From a bacterium (lineage in GTDB: Bacteria; Bacillota; Clostridia; Oscillospirales; CAG-272), in NCBI GenBank assembly GCA_963627065.1, contig CAVGAA010000001.1, positions 152,909-216,908 of the forward strand: 64,000 bases of DNA, read 5' to 3'. The notes beneath the pieces are model-generated. The model searched no databases, was not told the origin of the DNA, and worked only from the letters and a program-made list of their open reading frames with translations. Position 1 is the stretch's first letter; every line of letters starts with the position of its first letter. A program made the position numbers and the translations under genes. Of this stretch, positions 27,323 through 37,205 are shown in pieces.

Positions 27323-27386
27323 CTTGCCGTTATGAAAGAAAAATAGGGAAATCTTCTTTCAAAAAGGACTTTTTCTCTGCAAACAG

Positions 27387-27415
27387 TTTACATTTTACCG
27401 ATTTTGTGTTATAAT
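27387..27415 (+). promoter_or_regulatory. sigma-A type promoter (nadE operon)
   Basis: TTTACA, 17 nt spacer, TATAAT preceded by TGTGT. Confidence 0.55.
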
Positions 27416-27469
27416 ATAACAAGGTATGTCAATTTAGATGTACCGTGTAGCCAAGAACCGGAGGTTGCC

Positions 27470-29422
27470 ATGTTGGATTTTATACGCATATCGGCTTGCG
27501 TGCCGGAAGTTTCCGTCGGAAATACCCGTCTGAATGTCGATAAAATCATTGCACAAGCAAAGACGGCGGAGCAGATGCATCCGCAATTGACCGTATTTCC
27601 GGAGTTGTCGGTAACCGGTTATACCTGCGGTGACCTGTTCTTTCAGTCGACATTGCTCTGCGGTGCATTGGAAGGCTTGCATCGGATTGTCGAAGCATCA
27701 AAAGATTTGCAATCGATTTTGGCAGTCGGTTTTCCGCTCGAGTCGGACGGAAAATTATACAGTTGTGCCGGAATTATTTATCACGGAAAATTGATGGGCA
27801 TCGTCCCGAAAACCTATATTCCGAATTATAACGAATTTTATGAAAAACGCTGGTTCACGTCCGGAAATAATCTCAAACGAACCGAACTCGCACCGAGTCA
27901 AATAAGCCTTGACGATTTGCAAACCGAGCCGATTCCATTTGGCACGGACATCATTTTCGATACCGGTGCATTCCGCTTCGGTACGGAAATTTGCGAGGAC
28001 CTTTGGGCAACCGTTCCACCGAGTGCAAAACTCGCTTTGTGCGGTGCGGAAGTTATCGTCAATCTCTCTGCAAGCAACGAAACCATTTCCAAACGCCGTT
28101 ACAGACAGTCAATCGTCTCCATGCAGTCCGCATCGCAATTGTCTGCCTACGTCTATGTTTCCGCAGGGTGTAGCGAATCGACAACCGACCTGATTTTCTC
28201 CGGTCACAGTATCATTTGCGAGGCAGGGCGGACGGTCGCCGAAAACAAAAAAACAATTGACGGCGATTATATTCTCTACGGCGACATCGATCTCGGCAAA
28301 ATCCGAGTCGACCGTCTGAAAATCAAAACTTATGCGGATTGCTCCGAGCAGAATTCCGCAAATTTTCGTACCGTTTCGATTCCACAGACACTGCCTGAAA
28401 ATGATTTGGAATTTTACAGTGTTTCCAAATTGCCGTTTGTTCCGAATACCAAAACTGACCGCCGTGAAAGATGTCTTGACATTTTTGAAATGCAGGTCAT
28501 GGGACTGAAAAAGCGTATGGAAATCACGCACGGCAGACCGGTTATCGGCGTGTCCGGCGGACTCGATTCCACCTTGGCACTGCTCGTTGCAACCGAGGCG
28601 ACACGCAGGCTTTCAAGACCGGTCACCGATGTTGTCGGCATCACGATGCCGTGCTTCGGTACGACCGACAGAACCTATCGCAATGCATGGGAACTTATGC
28701 GGACACTCGGAATTACCGCAGTGGAAATTCCGATTGCAAAGTCGGTCGAGCAACATTTCCGTGACATCGGGCAGGACAGAAATACATTTGATTTGACCTT
28801 TGAAAATTCGCAGGCAAGGGAACGCACGCAGGTTTTAATGGACTATGCAGGCAGAATCGGCGGATTTGTCGCCGGTACCGGCGATCTCAGCGAATTGGCA
28901 CTCGGTTGGTGTACCTATAACGCTGACCACATGAGTATGTACGGCGTGAACTGCGGTGTGCCGAAAACTTTGGTTCGCTGGATGATTGACAGTATTATGC
29001 AGAACGATATTTTCGCATCTTCCGATGCGGTTTTGCGTGATATTCTCGATACACCGATCAGTCCCGAACTGCTCCCGCCGGATGCGGAGGGAAAGATTGC
29101 TCAGCAAACCGAAGAAATTGTCGGTCCGTACGCATTGCACGACTTTTTCCTTTACTACACAGTGCGTTACGGATTTTTACCGGAAAAGATTTTCGCACTT
29201 GCAAAACACGCATTCCGAAACGATTTTGATTCCGCCACGATCAAAAAGTGGCTGGTGTCCTTCTATCGCAGATTTTTCACGCAACAGTTCAAACGGAGTT
29301 GTCTTCCGGACGGCGTTAAAATCGGCAGTATCTGTCTGTCCCCGAGAGGCGATTGGAGAATGCCGAGCGATGCATCCGCTAAAATTTGGATTGAGCGTGC
29401 GGAGAAAATCGAAATCGAATGA
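27470..29422 (+). CDS. nadE: glutamine-dependent NAD+ synthetase
   Basis: N-terminal CN-hydrolase domain (FPELSVTGY, EICEDLW). C-terminal synthetase P-loop (GVSGGLDS). Start at 27470 with a GGAGG RBS. Confidence 0.9.
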   Translation: MLDFIRISACVPEVSVGNTRLNVDKIIAQAKTAEQMHPQLTVFPELSVTGYTCGDLFFQSTLLCGALEGLHRIVEASKDLQSILAVGFPLESDGKLYSCAGIIYHGKLMGIVPKTYIPNYNEFYEKRWFTSGNNLKRTELAPSQISLDDLQTEPIPFGTDIIFDTGAFRFGTEICEDLWATVPPSAKLALCGAEVIVNLSASNETISKRRYRQSIVSMQSASQLSAYVYVSAGCSESTTDLIFSGHSIICEAGRTVAENKKTIDGDYILYGDIDLGKIRVDRLKIKTYADCSEQNSANFRTVSIPQTLPENDLEFYSVSKLPFVPNTKTDRRERCLDIFEMQVMGLKKRMEITHGRPVIGVSGGLDSTLALLVATEATRRLSRPVTDVVGITMPCFGTTDRTYRNAWELMRTLGITAVEIPIAKSVEQHFRDIGQDRNTFDLTFENSQARERTQVLMDYAGRIGGFVAGTGDLSELALGWCTYNADHMSMYGVNCGVPKTLVRWMIDSIMQNDIFASSDAVLRDILDTPISPELLPPDAEGKIAQQTEEIVGPYALHDFFLYYTVRYGFLPEKIFALAKHAFRNDFDSATIKKWLVSFYRRFFTQQFKRSCLPDGVKIGSICLSPRGDWRMPSDASAKIWIERAEKIEIE

Positions 29423-30039
29423 AAATTGTAAAACTTTACCCGGGTTCGTTCGGTGCAAACTGTTGGTTGCTTCTGTCGCATGACGGTCATACTGCCGTTG
29501 TCGATCCGAGTCCCAACGCCGATACGATCCTCGATGCCGTGAAAAAAGAAAATGCAATTCTGACCGATATCTTTCTCACACACGGACATTTCGATCACAT
29601 TCTGTCGCTCGATACTTTGCGTGAAAAGACCGGTGTCAAAGCGTGGATTCACGCAGACGATTTTGAATTGCCGTCCGATCCCGTAAAGAATGCATTTGAA
29701 ACTTTCTTTCATCAAAAGCGATCTTGGAATTCACCCGATAAAACCTTTTCGGACGGTGATATACTCAAAATCGGTGACGAATCGGTTACGGTTTTGCATA
29801 CCGCCGGTCATACCGCAGGCAGTGTCTGTTTCCTTTGCAATGACGGACACGACATTTTAACGGGGGACACTTTATTTGAAAATTCTTACGGTCGTTGCGA
29901 TTTGTACGGTGGTGACATTGCGAAAATGCAAACATCGCTTGCGAGACTGTCGCAGGAAAAACTTTCCGCCGTCATACATGCGGGACACGGAAATGAAACG
30001 ACTCTTGAATTTGCACTGGAATCAATTGGAATGATATGA
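29419..30039 (+). CDS. MBL-fold metallo-hydrolase (glyoxalase II-like)
   Basis: THGHFDH metal motif, HTAGHTAGS, GHG. ATGA overlap with nadE. Confidence 0.85.
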   Translation: MKIVKLYPGSFGANCWLLLSHDGHTAVVDPSPNADTILDAVKKENAILTDIFLTHGHFDHILSLDTLREKTGVKAWIHADDFELPSDPVKNAFETFFHQKRSWNSPDKTFSDGDILKIGDESVTVLHTAGHTAGSVCFLCNDGHDILTGDTLFENSYGRCDLYGGDIAKMQTSLARLSQEKLSAVIHAGHGNETTLEFALESIGMI

Positions 30040-30048
30040 GGAACAATT

Positions 30049-31737
30049 ATGGATTTTGAAAAACTTGCTGAACTGTTATTTCCGAATGTAACCGAAAGCC
30101 CTGCCGATGTAGAGGCAAAATATCCGCCGAGAAATCTGCCGGAGGGGGCAAAGGTCACAAGATTTGCACCGAGTCCAACGGGATTTGTCCATTTCGGAGG
30201 GCTGTTTCCGTCCACGATAGGCGAACGGCTCGCACACCAATCCGGAGGTGTTTTCTATCTTCGCATTGAGGACACCGATGCAAAGCGGGAAGTCCCCGGG
30301 GCTGCCGAAGGCTTGATTCGTACACTGTCGCATTACGGAATCCGTTTTGACGAAGGTGCAATTTTAGGCGACGACGGCAAAATCTGCAATCACGGCATTT
30401 ACGGTCCTTACAAGCAAAGCGAAAGAGGACCTATTTACCACGTTTACGCAAAAGATTTGCTCAAGCGTGGTTTGGCTTACCCCGTATTTACGACCAAAGA
30501 AGAACTCGAAGCCCTGAACGCCGTCGACAAGAAAGCCGAAATCAAGGCGAAAGACTGGGAAAACGAGAACGGTGACCGTGTCGCCGAGCAGGCAAAGCAA
30601 AGGCAGTTTACACTCGAAGAGGTCGAAGCACATCTTGCAAACGGCGATCCGTTCGTCCTGCGTATTTTGGCGGACGGCAATCCCGAAAAGAAAATTCCGT
30701 TTACCGATCTCGTCAAGGGCAAACTCGAAATTCCGGAAAATGACGAAGATTTCGTTCTTCTCAAAAGCGACGGCATTCCGACCTATCATTTCGCTCATGC
30801 AGTTGACGATCATTTAATGGGAACGACACACGTCATTCGTGGAGAAGAATGGTTGCCGAGCCTTGCAAAGCACTTGATGCTCTTCCGCTATCTCGGATTC
30901 CGCCTGCCGAAATATCTGCATATCGCACAGATTATGCGACTGGACGAAAACGGCAACAAAAAGAAACTTTCCAAGCGTGATATGGGTGCAAATATGGACG
31001 ATTACAGCCGTATGGGCTATGCTCCCGATTGCGTTTGCGAATATATCATGACCTTGCTCAATTCCAATTACGAGGAATGGCACGCACAGAATCCGGACAA
31101 ACCGTATACCGAATTCCCATTCAACATCAAAAAAATGAGTGCATCCGGTTGTCTGTTCGATTTCAACAAACTGAACGATGTCAGTAAAAACGTGATTTCC
31201 CGTATGACCGCCGATGAGGTTTACAAACAAGCGACCGAATGGGCAAAACAGTACGACAGCGATTTCGGCACTTTGTTGGAAGCCGATCCCGTTTACGCCA
31301 AAGCGATTTTTGCAATCGGCAGAGGGGGCAAGAAACCCCGTAAAGATTTTGCAACATGGGCAGACGTCAAAGGCTATATGGATTTCTTCTATGACGGTCT
31401 TTTCACGGTTAAAGATGCCTATGCGGAGAATTTCTCAAAAGAAGACATTCGCACGGCACTCGAAGAATTTCTTTCAACTTACGATCCGTCCGACGATATG
31501 AACGCATGGTTTGAAAAAATCAAAGCGGTAGCGGAAAAAATCGGCTATGCCTCGGATATGAAAGTCTACAAAGCAACGCCCGAAGCCTTTCGCGGAAATG
31601 TTGCGGATGTCAGTATGTTCTTACGTGTTGCGGTGACGGGAAAACTCAATTCTCCCGATATGTATGCCGTAATGCAGGTGATGGGCGAAAACCGTGTCAA
31701 AGCCCGCATTCATGCAATGATCGAAAAACTGAAATGA
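30049..31737 (+). CDS. gltX: glutamate--tRNA ligase family protein (long, divergent form)
   Basis: Class I motifs FAPSPTGFVHFGG and KLSKR. LRIEDTD. 562 aa. Confidence 0.75.
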   Translation: MDFEKLAELLFPNVTESPADVEAKYPPRNLPEGAKVTRFAPSPTGFVHFGGLFPSTIGERLAHQSGGVFYLRIEDTDAKREVPGAAEGLIRTLSHYGIRFDEGAILGDDGKICNHGIYGPYKQSERGPIYHVYAKDLLKRGLAYPVFTTKEELEALNAVDKKAEIKAKDWENENGDRVAEQAKQRQFTLEEVEAHLANGDPFVLRILADGNPEKKIPFTDLVKGKLEIPENDEDFVLLKSDGIPTYHFAHAVDDHLMGTTHVIRGEEWLPSLAKHLMLFRYLGFRLPKYLHIAQIMRLDENGNKKKLSKRDMGANMDDYSRMGYAPDCVCEYIMTLLNSNYEEWHAQNPDKPYTEFPFNIKKMSASGCLFDFNKLNDVSKNVISRMTADEVYKQATEWAKQYDSDFGTLLEADPVYAKAIFAIGRGGKKPRKDFATWADVKGYMDFFYDGLFTVKDAYAENFSKEDIRTALEEFLSTYDPSDDMNAWFEKIKAVAEKIGYASDMKVYKATPEAFRGNVADVSMFLRVAVTGKLNSPDMYAVMQVMGENRVKARIHAMIEKLK

Positions 31738-31746
31738 GGTGTCTCA

Positions 31747-33414
31747 ATGGAAGAATTGGAAAAGAATTTTATACAGGATTTTATCGATGCGGATCTGTCA
31801 AATAACCCTGGCATGAAAGTGCATACCCGTTTTCCGCCCGAACCGAACGGTTATCTGCATATTGGTCACTGCAAAGCCCTTTGCGTCGATTTCGGAACGG
31901 CAAAAAAATACGGCGGTGTCTGCAATCTCCGAATGGATGACACCAACCCCGCCAAAGAAGATACCGAATATGTCGACGCTATCAAAGAAGACATTCATTG
32001 GCTCGGTTTTGACTGGGGCGACCGTTTCTTCTACGGCTCGGATTATTTCGAAAAGGATTACGAACTGGCGGTGGGACTTATCAAAAAAGGACTTGCCTAT
32101 GTCTGCGAACTGTCGGCGGAAGAATTCCGTGATCCGAAATATTGCGGAGATCTCACGCATCCGGCAGTTTCTCCATGGCGTGACAGACCGATATCCGAAA
32201 GTCTTGATCTGTTCGAACGCATGAAAAACGGCGAATTTCCGGAAGGCAAATACACGTTAAGAGCAAAAATCGACCTTGCATCCGGTAACTTCTGTATGCG
32301 TGATCCGGTTATTTACCGCATCAAATATGTCGAGCATCACAGACAGGGGACGAAATGGTGCATTTTCCCGATGTACGATTTTGCACATCCGATTCAGGAT
32401 GCTCTGGAAGGCATTACGCACTCGCTCTGTTCACTGGAATATGAAATTCACCGTCCGCTTTACAACTGGGTGCGTGACAATGTCGACATAAAAGGCAATC
32501 CGGCAGGATTCCCACGCCAGATTGAATTTGCAAGACTGAATATCACCCATACAGTTCTGTCAAAACGTTTTCTCCGTTCGCTTGTCGAAACGGGAGCGGT
32601 TGACGGCTGGGACGATCCGAGAATGCCGACGCTTTGCGGTCTGCGTAGGAGAGGGTATACCCCGGGATCGATTCTAGATTTCATCAACCGGACCGGCGTC
32701 GCAAAATCCGATTCGTTGGTCGATATTCGCCAACTCGAAGCCTGCCTGCGTGACGAACTCAACAAAACTGCACCCCGTCGTATTGCAATCGAACGCCCGA
32801 TCAAAGTGGTGATTACCAACTATCCGGAGAACAAAACCGAATATTTCGATCTTCCGAACAATCCGCAGGACGAAAACGCAGGAACGAGAAAAGTTCCGTT
32901 TACCCGTGAACTTTATATCGATGCATCCGATTTTGCCGAAGTTCCGCCCCCGAAATTCTTCCGTATGAAACCGGACGGCGAGGTCCGCTTGATGGGTGCA
33001 TATATTGTCAAGTGCAACGAAACCGTGAAGAATGCGGACGGCAGTATCGCCGAACTGCATTGCACGGCGGACCTCGAAACCGGAAACGGCAATCCCGTTG
33101 ATGGCAGAAAGATCAAAGGAACGATTCATTGGTTGTCCGCTCCCAACGCAATTGACATCAAACTGCATCTCTACGATCATTTGATGACGCTCGAAAATCC
33201 GTCAGACAAACCGGATGACAAGGAATATGCCGACTTTATCAATCCCGATTCACTGGTTGTTGTTGAAGGTGCGAAAGGCGAACCCGCTCTTGCCGATGCA
33301 AAGGCAGGAGACAAATTCCAGTTTGTTCGTTTCGGTTATTTCTGCCTTGACACCAAAAACAAGGGAACGTTTAACCGTTCCGTCGGCTTGAAAGACAGTT
33401 TTCCGAAAGGTTAA
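31747..33414 (+). CDS. glnS: glutamine--tRNA ligase
   Basis: FPPEPNGYLHIGH, MRMDDTNP-like (LRMDDTNP) and VLSKR motifs. Typical length of 555 aa. Confidence 0.92.
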   Translation: MEELEKNFIQDFIDADLSNNPGMKVHTRFPPEPNGYLHIGHCKALCVDFGTAKKYGGVCNLRMDDTNPAKEDTEYVDAIKEDIHWLGFDWGDRFFYGSDYFEKDYELAVGLIKKGLAYVCELSAEEFRDPKYCGDLTHPAVSPWRDRPISESLDLFERMKNGEFPEGKYTLRAKIDLASGNFCMRDPVIYRIKYVEHHRQGTKWCIFPMYDFAHPIQDALEGITHSLCSLEYEIHRPLYNWVRDNVDIKGNPAGFPRQIEFARLNITHTVLSKRFLRSLVETGAVDGWDDPRMPTLCGLRRRGYTPGSILDFINRTGVAKSDSLVDIRQLEACLRDELNKTAPRRIAIERPIKVVITNYPENKTEYFDLPNNPQDENAGTRKVPFTRELYIDASDFAEVPPPKFFRMKPDGEVRLMGAYIVKCNETVKNADGSIAELHCTADLETGNGNPVDGRKIKGTIHWLSAPNAIDIKLHLYDHLMTLENPSDKPDDKEYADFINPDSLVVVEGAKGEPALADAKAGDKFQFVRFGYFCLDTKNKGTFNRSVGLKDSFPKG

Positions 33415-33444
33415 AAAAATCAAAAAATAAAGGGAGTAAGTTCT

Positions 33445-34359
33445 ATGACTTTGGTTATTCTTGCAGCCGGACTCGGCTCACGCTACGGCGGTCTCAAACA
33501 GCTCGATCCCATGACGGATGCCGGCAATTTCATCATTGATTTTTCGGTTTACGATGCAATCCGTGCCGGCTTCGATCAGGTGGTTTTCATCATCAAAAAA
33601 GAAAATCTGGAACAGTTCCGTGAAACAATCGGAAACAGAATTGCAAAGAAAATCCGTGTAAAGTATGTGTTCCAAGATATTAACGATTTGCCGACCGGTT
33701 TGACGCTTCCGGCAGGCAGAACGAAGCCGTGGGGAACGGGGCACGCCGTCTGGTGTGCAAAAGACGTCGTAACCGATAATTTTGCGGTTATCAATGCGGA
33801 CGATTTCTACGGTCGTGAAACATTTGTTCGTTTGGCAGAGCATCTCTCAAAATCCGGTCTTTCCGGTGTACCTGCTCACCATTGCATGGTCGGTTTCCGT
33901 GCAGGCAACACTTTGACCGAAAACGGAACGGTTTCCCGTGGTGTTTGTGAAGTGGACGGAAACGGAAAACTTATTCGTGTCACCGAACGCACCAAGATCG
34001 AAAAGAGAGAAACCTGTGCCGCATATCTCGAAGATGACGGCAATACTTGGACAGAACTTCCGTTCAATACGGTCGTTTCCATGAATTGCTGGGGCTTTAC
34101 ACCGGACTTGTTCCGCCATTTGGAAACCGAATTGCGTGGATTTTACGATGTCGCAGTTCCGACCAATCCGCTCAAATGTGAATTCTATCTGCCGTTTGCC
34201 GTGCAGGCACAAATGGAAGCAAAACTTTGCGATGTGCAAGTTTACCCGACCGAATCGGTGTGGCAGGGCGTAACCTATCATGAAGACAAAGAACGTGTCA
34301 AAAACGCAATTTCCGATTTGATTGCAAAGGGTGAGTACCCTGCGGATCTGTGGGCATAA
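33445..34359 (+). CDS. sugar-phosphate nucleotidyltransferase family protein
   Basis: N-terminal ILAAGLGSRYGGLKQL (GxGxR nucleotide-binding signature). Sits upstream of galE-galM. Confidence 0.7.
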   Translation: MTLVILAAGLGSRYGGLKQLDPMTDAGNFIIDFSVYDAIRAGFDQVVFIIKKENLEQFRETIGNRIAKKIRVKYVFQDINDLPTGLTLPAGRTKPWGTGHAVWCAKDVVTDNFAVINADDFYGRETFVRLAEHLSKSGLSGVPAHHCMVGFRAGNTLTENGTVSRGVCEVDGNGKLIRVTERTKIEKRETCAAYLEDDGNTWTELPFNTVVSMNCWGFTPDLFRHLETELRGFYDVAVPTNPLKCEFYLPFAVQAQMEAKLCDVQVYPTESVWQGVTYHEDKERVKNAISDLIAKGEYPADLWA

Positions 34360-34381
34360 AATAGGAAAGAGGTAAAATAAA

Positions 34382-35398
34382 ATGGCTATTTTGATTACGG
34401 GCGGAGCGGGATTTATCGGTTCGCATACCGCCGTCGAATTTCTGAACGCAGGCTATGACATTGTCATTGCCGACAATTACAGTAACAGTTCCCCGAAAGC
34501 ACTGGACAGAATCCGTGAAATTACCGGAAAAGATTTTCGCTTTTATGAGGTCGATCTCTGCGACAAAGAGGCACTCCGCCGTGTATTCGTCGAAAATCCG
34601 GATATTGACTCCGCTATTCACTTTGCAGGTCTGAAAGCCGTCGGCGAATCGGTTGCAAAGCCGGGACTTTACTACTATAACAACCTGCTCAGTACACTCA
34701 ATCTTGTAGAACTTATGGCACAGTACAACGCAAAACGCATTGTCTTCAGTTCTTCCGCAACGGTTTACGGATCTCCCAAAACCGTACCGATTAAGGAAGA
34801 TTTTCCGCTTTCCACGACCAACCCGTACGGTGAAACGAAACTCATGATTGAGCGGATTCTCAAAGATATTTGGGTAGCAGATAACGGATGGAGCGTTTCG
34901 GTTCTGCGTTATTTCAACCCGATCGGTGCTCACAAGAGCGGTCTTATCGGCGAAAATCCGAGAGGCATTCCGAACAACCTTTTGCCTTATGTCGCAAAGG
35001 TTGCGGCAGGTCAACTCCCGTATTTGCAGGTCTACGGCAACGATTACAATACACCGGACGGCACGGGTGTCCGTGATTATATTCATGTGGTCGACCTTGC
35101 AAAAGCACATCTCAAAGCATTGCAGAGAGCCGAAAAAGTCACTGGTGTCGAGTATTACAACATAGGCACGGGTGTCGGCTATTCGGTCCTTGACATTGTC
35201 CACGCATACGAAAAAGCAAGCGGTCTGAAAGTGCCGTACAAAATCGTTGCACGTCGCCCGGGGGACATTGCAACCTGCTATGCAGATCCCACCAAAGCCG
35301 CAGAAATTCTCGGTTGGCGTGCGGAAAATAACATTGAAGATATGTGCCGTGACTTGGCAAACTGGCAAAAGAAAAATCCGAACGGATACGAGGGCTGA
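34382..35398 (+). CDS. galE: UDP-glucose 4-epimerase
   Basis: GGAGFIGSH Rossmann motif, YGETK (YxxxK) catalytic motif, 338 aa. Confidence 0.92.
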   Translation: MAILITGGAGFIGSHTAVEFLNAGYDIVIADNYSNSSPKALDRIREITGKDFRFYEVDLCDKEALRRVFVENPDIDSAIHFAGLKAVGESVAKPGLYYYNNLLSTLNLVELMAQYNAKRIVFSSSATVYGSPKTVPIKEDFPLSTTNPYGETKLMIERILKDIWVADNGWSVSVLRYFNPIGAHKSGLIGENPRGIPNNLLPYVAKVAAGQLPYLQVYGNDYNTPDGTGVRDYIHVVDLAKAHLKALQRAEKVTGVEYYNIGTGVGYSVLDIVHAYEKASGLKVPYKIVARRPGDIATCYADPTKAAEILGWRAENNIEDMCRDLANWQKKNPNGYEG

Positions 35399-35403
35399 AC
35401 GCT

Positions 35404-36465
35404 ATGATTACGAAACATTATTTTGGATCGCTTGAAAACGGTCAGGAAGTTTACTGCTATACTATGAAGAACCGCACGAATATGACGGTTACAATCTGCG
35501 AATTCGGCGGTGCGGTCACGGAAATTCGTGTACCGGATAAATACGGTCGCTGTGCCGATGTCGTTGAGGGCTACGACTCCCTGCGTGACTATGTTCTGGC
35601 GGACGGCTATCTCGGTGCTTTGGTTGGCAGAATCGGCAACCGAGTCGCAAACGGAAAATTTGCACTGGACGGCAAGACCTATACGCTCTACCAAAATGAC
35701 GGCAAAAACTCTCTTCACGGCGGAAAAATCGGTTTTTCACACAGAATGTGGAATGTCAAGCCGGTTGACGGTGAAGAACCGAAACTTGTTTTGACTTTGC
35801 ATTCTCCGGACGGCGAAGAGGGCTACCCCGGGAATGTCGATGTCACCGTGACCTACTCTTTGTTGAATGGAAATGCACTTTCCATTCGTTACGAGGCGAC
35901 AACCGACAAACGCACGCCCCTCAACCTCACCAATCATACCTATTTCAATCTCGGCGGTTACGCATCCGGAAAGATTTTTGACCATGTCGTCCAAATGGAA
36001 GCAGATAAATATCTGCCGACCTATGCAGATTTGATTCCGACAGGGGAAATTCGTTCCGTGACCGGTACACCGTTTGATTTCCGTGAGCCGAAGACAATCG
36101 GTCAGGATTTCAATTTTGACAACGAAGATTTGAAGATTGCAGGCGGATATGACCATTGCATCTGCTTTACCGAAGGGGAAACCGCAGAACCGACACTCCG
36201 TGTGCAGATTTACGAGCCGAACAGCGGACGCATTCTCAAAATGTTTACAAATCAACCTTGTATGCAGTTCTATACCGGAAATTTCCTCTGCAATGCCGAA
36301 TATCCGCTCAAAGGCGGTTATCCGCAGAATAAGCAATCGGCATTCTGCCTTGAAACGCAAAAAATGCCCGATTCCGTCAACCACAAGAATTTCACCGACA
36401 CAATTGTCGAGCCGAATAAGCCTTACGAGCATACCACCATTTACCAATTCTCGGTGAAAGAATGA
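35404..36465 (+). CDS. galM: aldose 1-epimerase (galactose mutarotase)
   Basis: NSLHGG, TNHTYFNL and LETQ motifs typical of mutarotases. Confidence 0.9.
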   Translation: MITKHYFGSLENGQEVYCYTMKNRTNMTVTICEFGGAVTEIRVPDKYGRCADVVEGYDSLRDYVLADGYLGALVGRIGNRVANGKFALDGKTYTLYQNDGKNSLHGGKIGFSHRMWNVKPVDGEEPKLVLTLHSPDGEEGYPGNVDVTVTYSLLNGNALSIRYEATTDKRTPLNLTNHTYFNLGGYASGKIFDHVVQMEADKYLPTYADLIPTGEIRSVTGTPFDFREPKTIGQDFNFDNEDLKIAGGYDHCICFTEGETAEPTLRVQIYEPNSGRILKMFTNQPCMQFYTGNFLCNAEYPLKGGYPQNKQSAFCLETQKMPDSVNHKNFTDTIVEPNKPYEHTTIYQFSVKE

Positions 36466-36486
36466 TAGGGGAAAATCTGCAATAAT

Positions 36487-36512
36487 AAGAGAGAGCCGTG
36501 AGGCTCTCTCTT
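36487..36512. terminator. bidirectional hairpin between convergent galM and the HAD gene
   Basis: Stem aagagagagcc / ggctctctctt with a 4-nt loop. Confidence 0.65.
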
Positions 36513-36515
36513 GCA

Positions 36516-37205
36516 CTATAAGGATTTGATAACCGTTTCCAATTCGCTCAACCGTTGAATTTCCGCAGTCGGGCGAATGTCAATCGTATTTTTCGCTCGG
36601 TCGGGATTGAACCATACCGTTTTCAATCCGGAGTTGATACCGCACAGAATGTCGGATGTCAGGCGGTCGCCGACCATAACGCAATCTTCCCGTTTCAGAA
36701 TCGGCAAGTTTGAAAATATTTTGTCAAAAAATGCGGTTGACGGCTTTTCGACACCCAATTCTTCCGAGAGAAACAGTTTGTCGAAACAGTCCAGAATTTT
36801 TGCTTCACGCAAACGGGAAATTTGCACGGACACCGAACCGTTCGATGCAGAATACAATCGATATTTTCCATGCAGGTTTGTCAAAATCTCTTTCGCACCT
36901 GCAACGAGTTGTCCTTGCTCAGATAGCGTTGATTCATATTCCATAGCCAATTCTTGATACGAAAGACCTGAAAAGCCGAATTCCGCAATCAAATCACGGT
37001 AACGGAACACTTTCAACTCGTCACGGGTAACTTTTTTCTCCTCGAGTTTGTGCCAATAAGAGGCGTTGATAGCCGAATATCTTGCAAGAATTTCTTCGGT
37101 GACTTTGACACCGTGCCGTGATAAAATGGTCGCAACGGCAGTCCGTTCTGCCAAGCGAAAATCGAGCAGTGTATCGTCCAAATCAAAAAATATTGCGTGA
37201 ATCAT
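36516..37205 (-). CDS. HAD-IA family hydrolase (YjjG-like nucleotidase type)
   Basis: DLDDTLLD (motif I), S at SASNG (motif II), GDRLTSD (motif IV). ATGA overlap with the upstream ATPase gene. Confidence 0.85.
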   Translation of the reverse strand: MIHAIFFDLDDTLLDFRLAERTAVATILSRHGVKVTEEILARYSAINASYWHKLEEKKVTRDELKVFRYRDLIAEFGFSGLSYQELAMEYESTLSEQGQLVAGAKEILTNLHGKYRLYSASNGSVSVQISRLREAKILDCFDKLFLSEELGVEKPSTAFFDKIFSNLPILKREDCVMVGDRLTSDILCGINSGLKTVWFNPDRAKNTIDIRPTAEIQRLSELETVIKSL

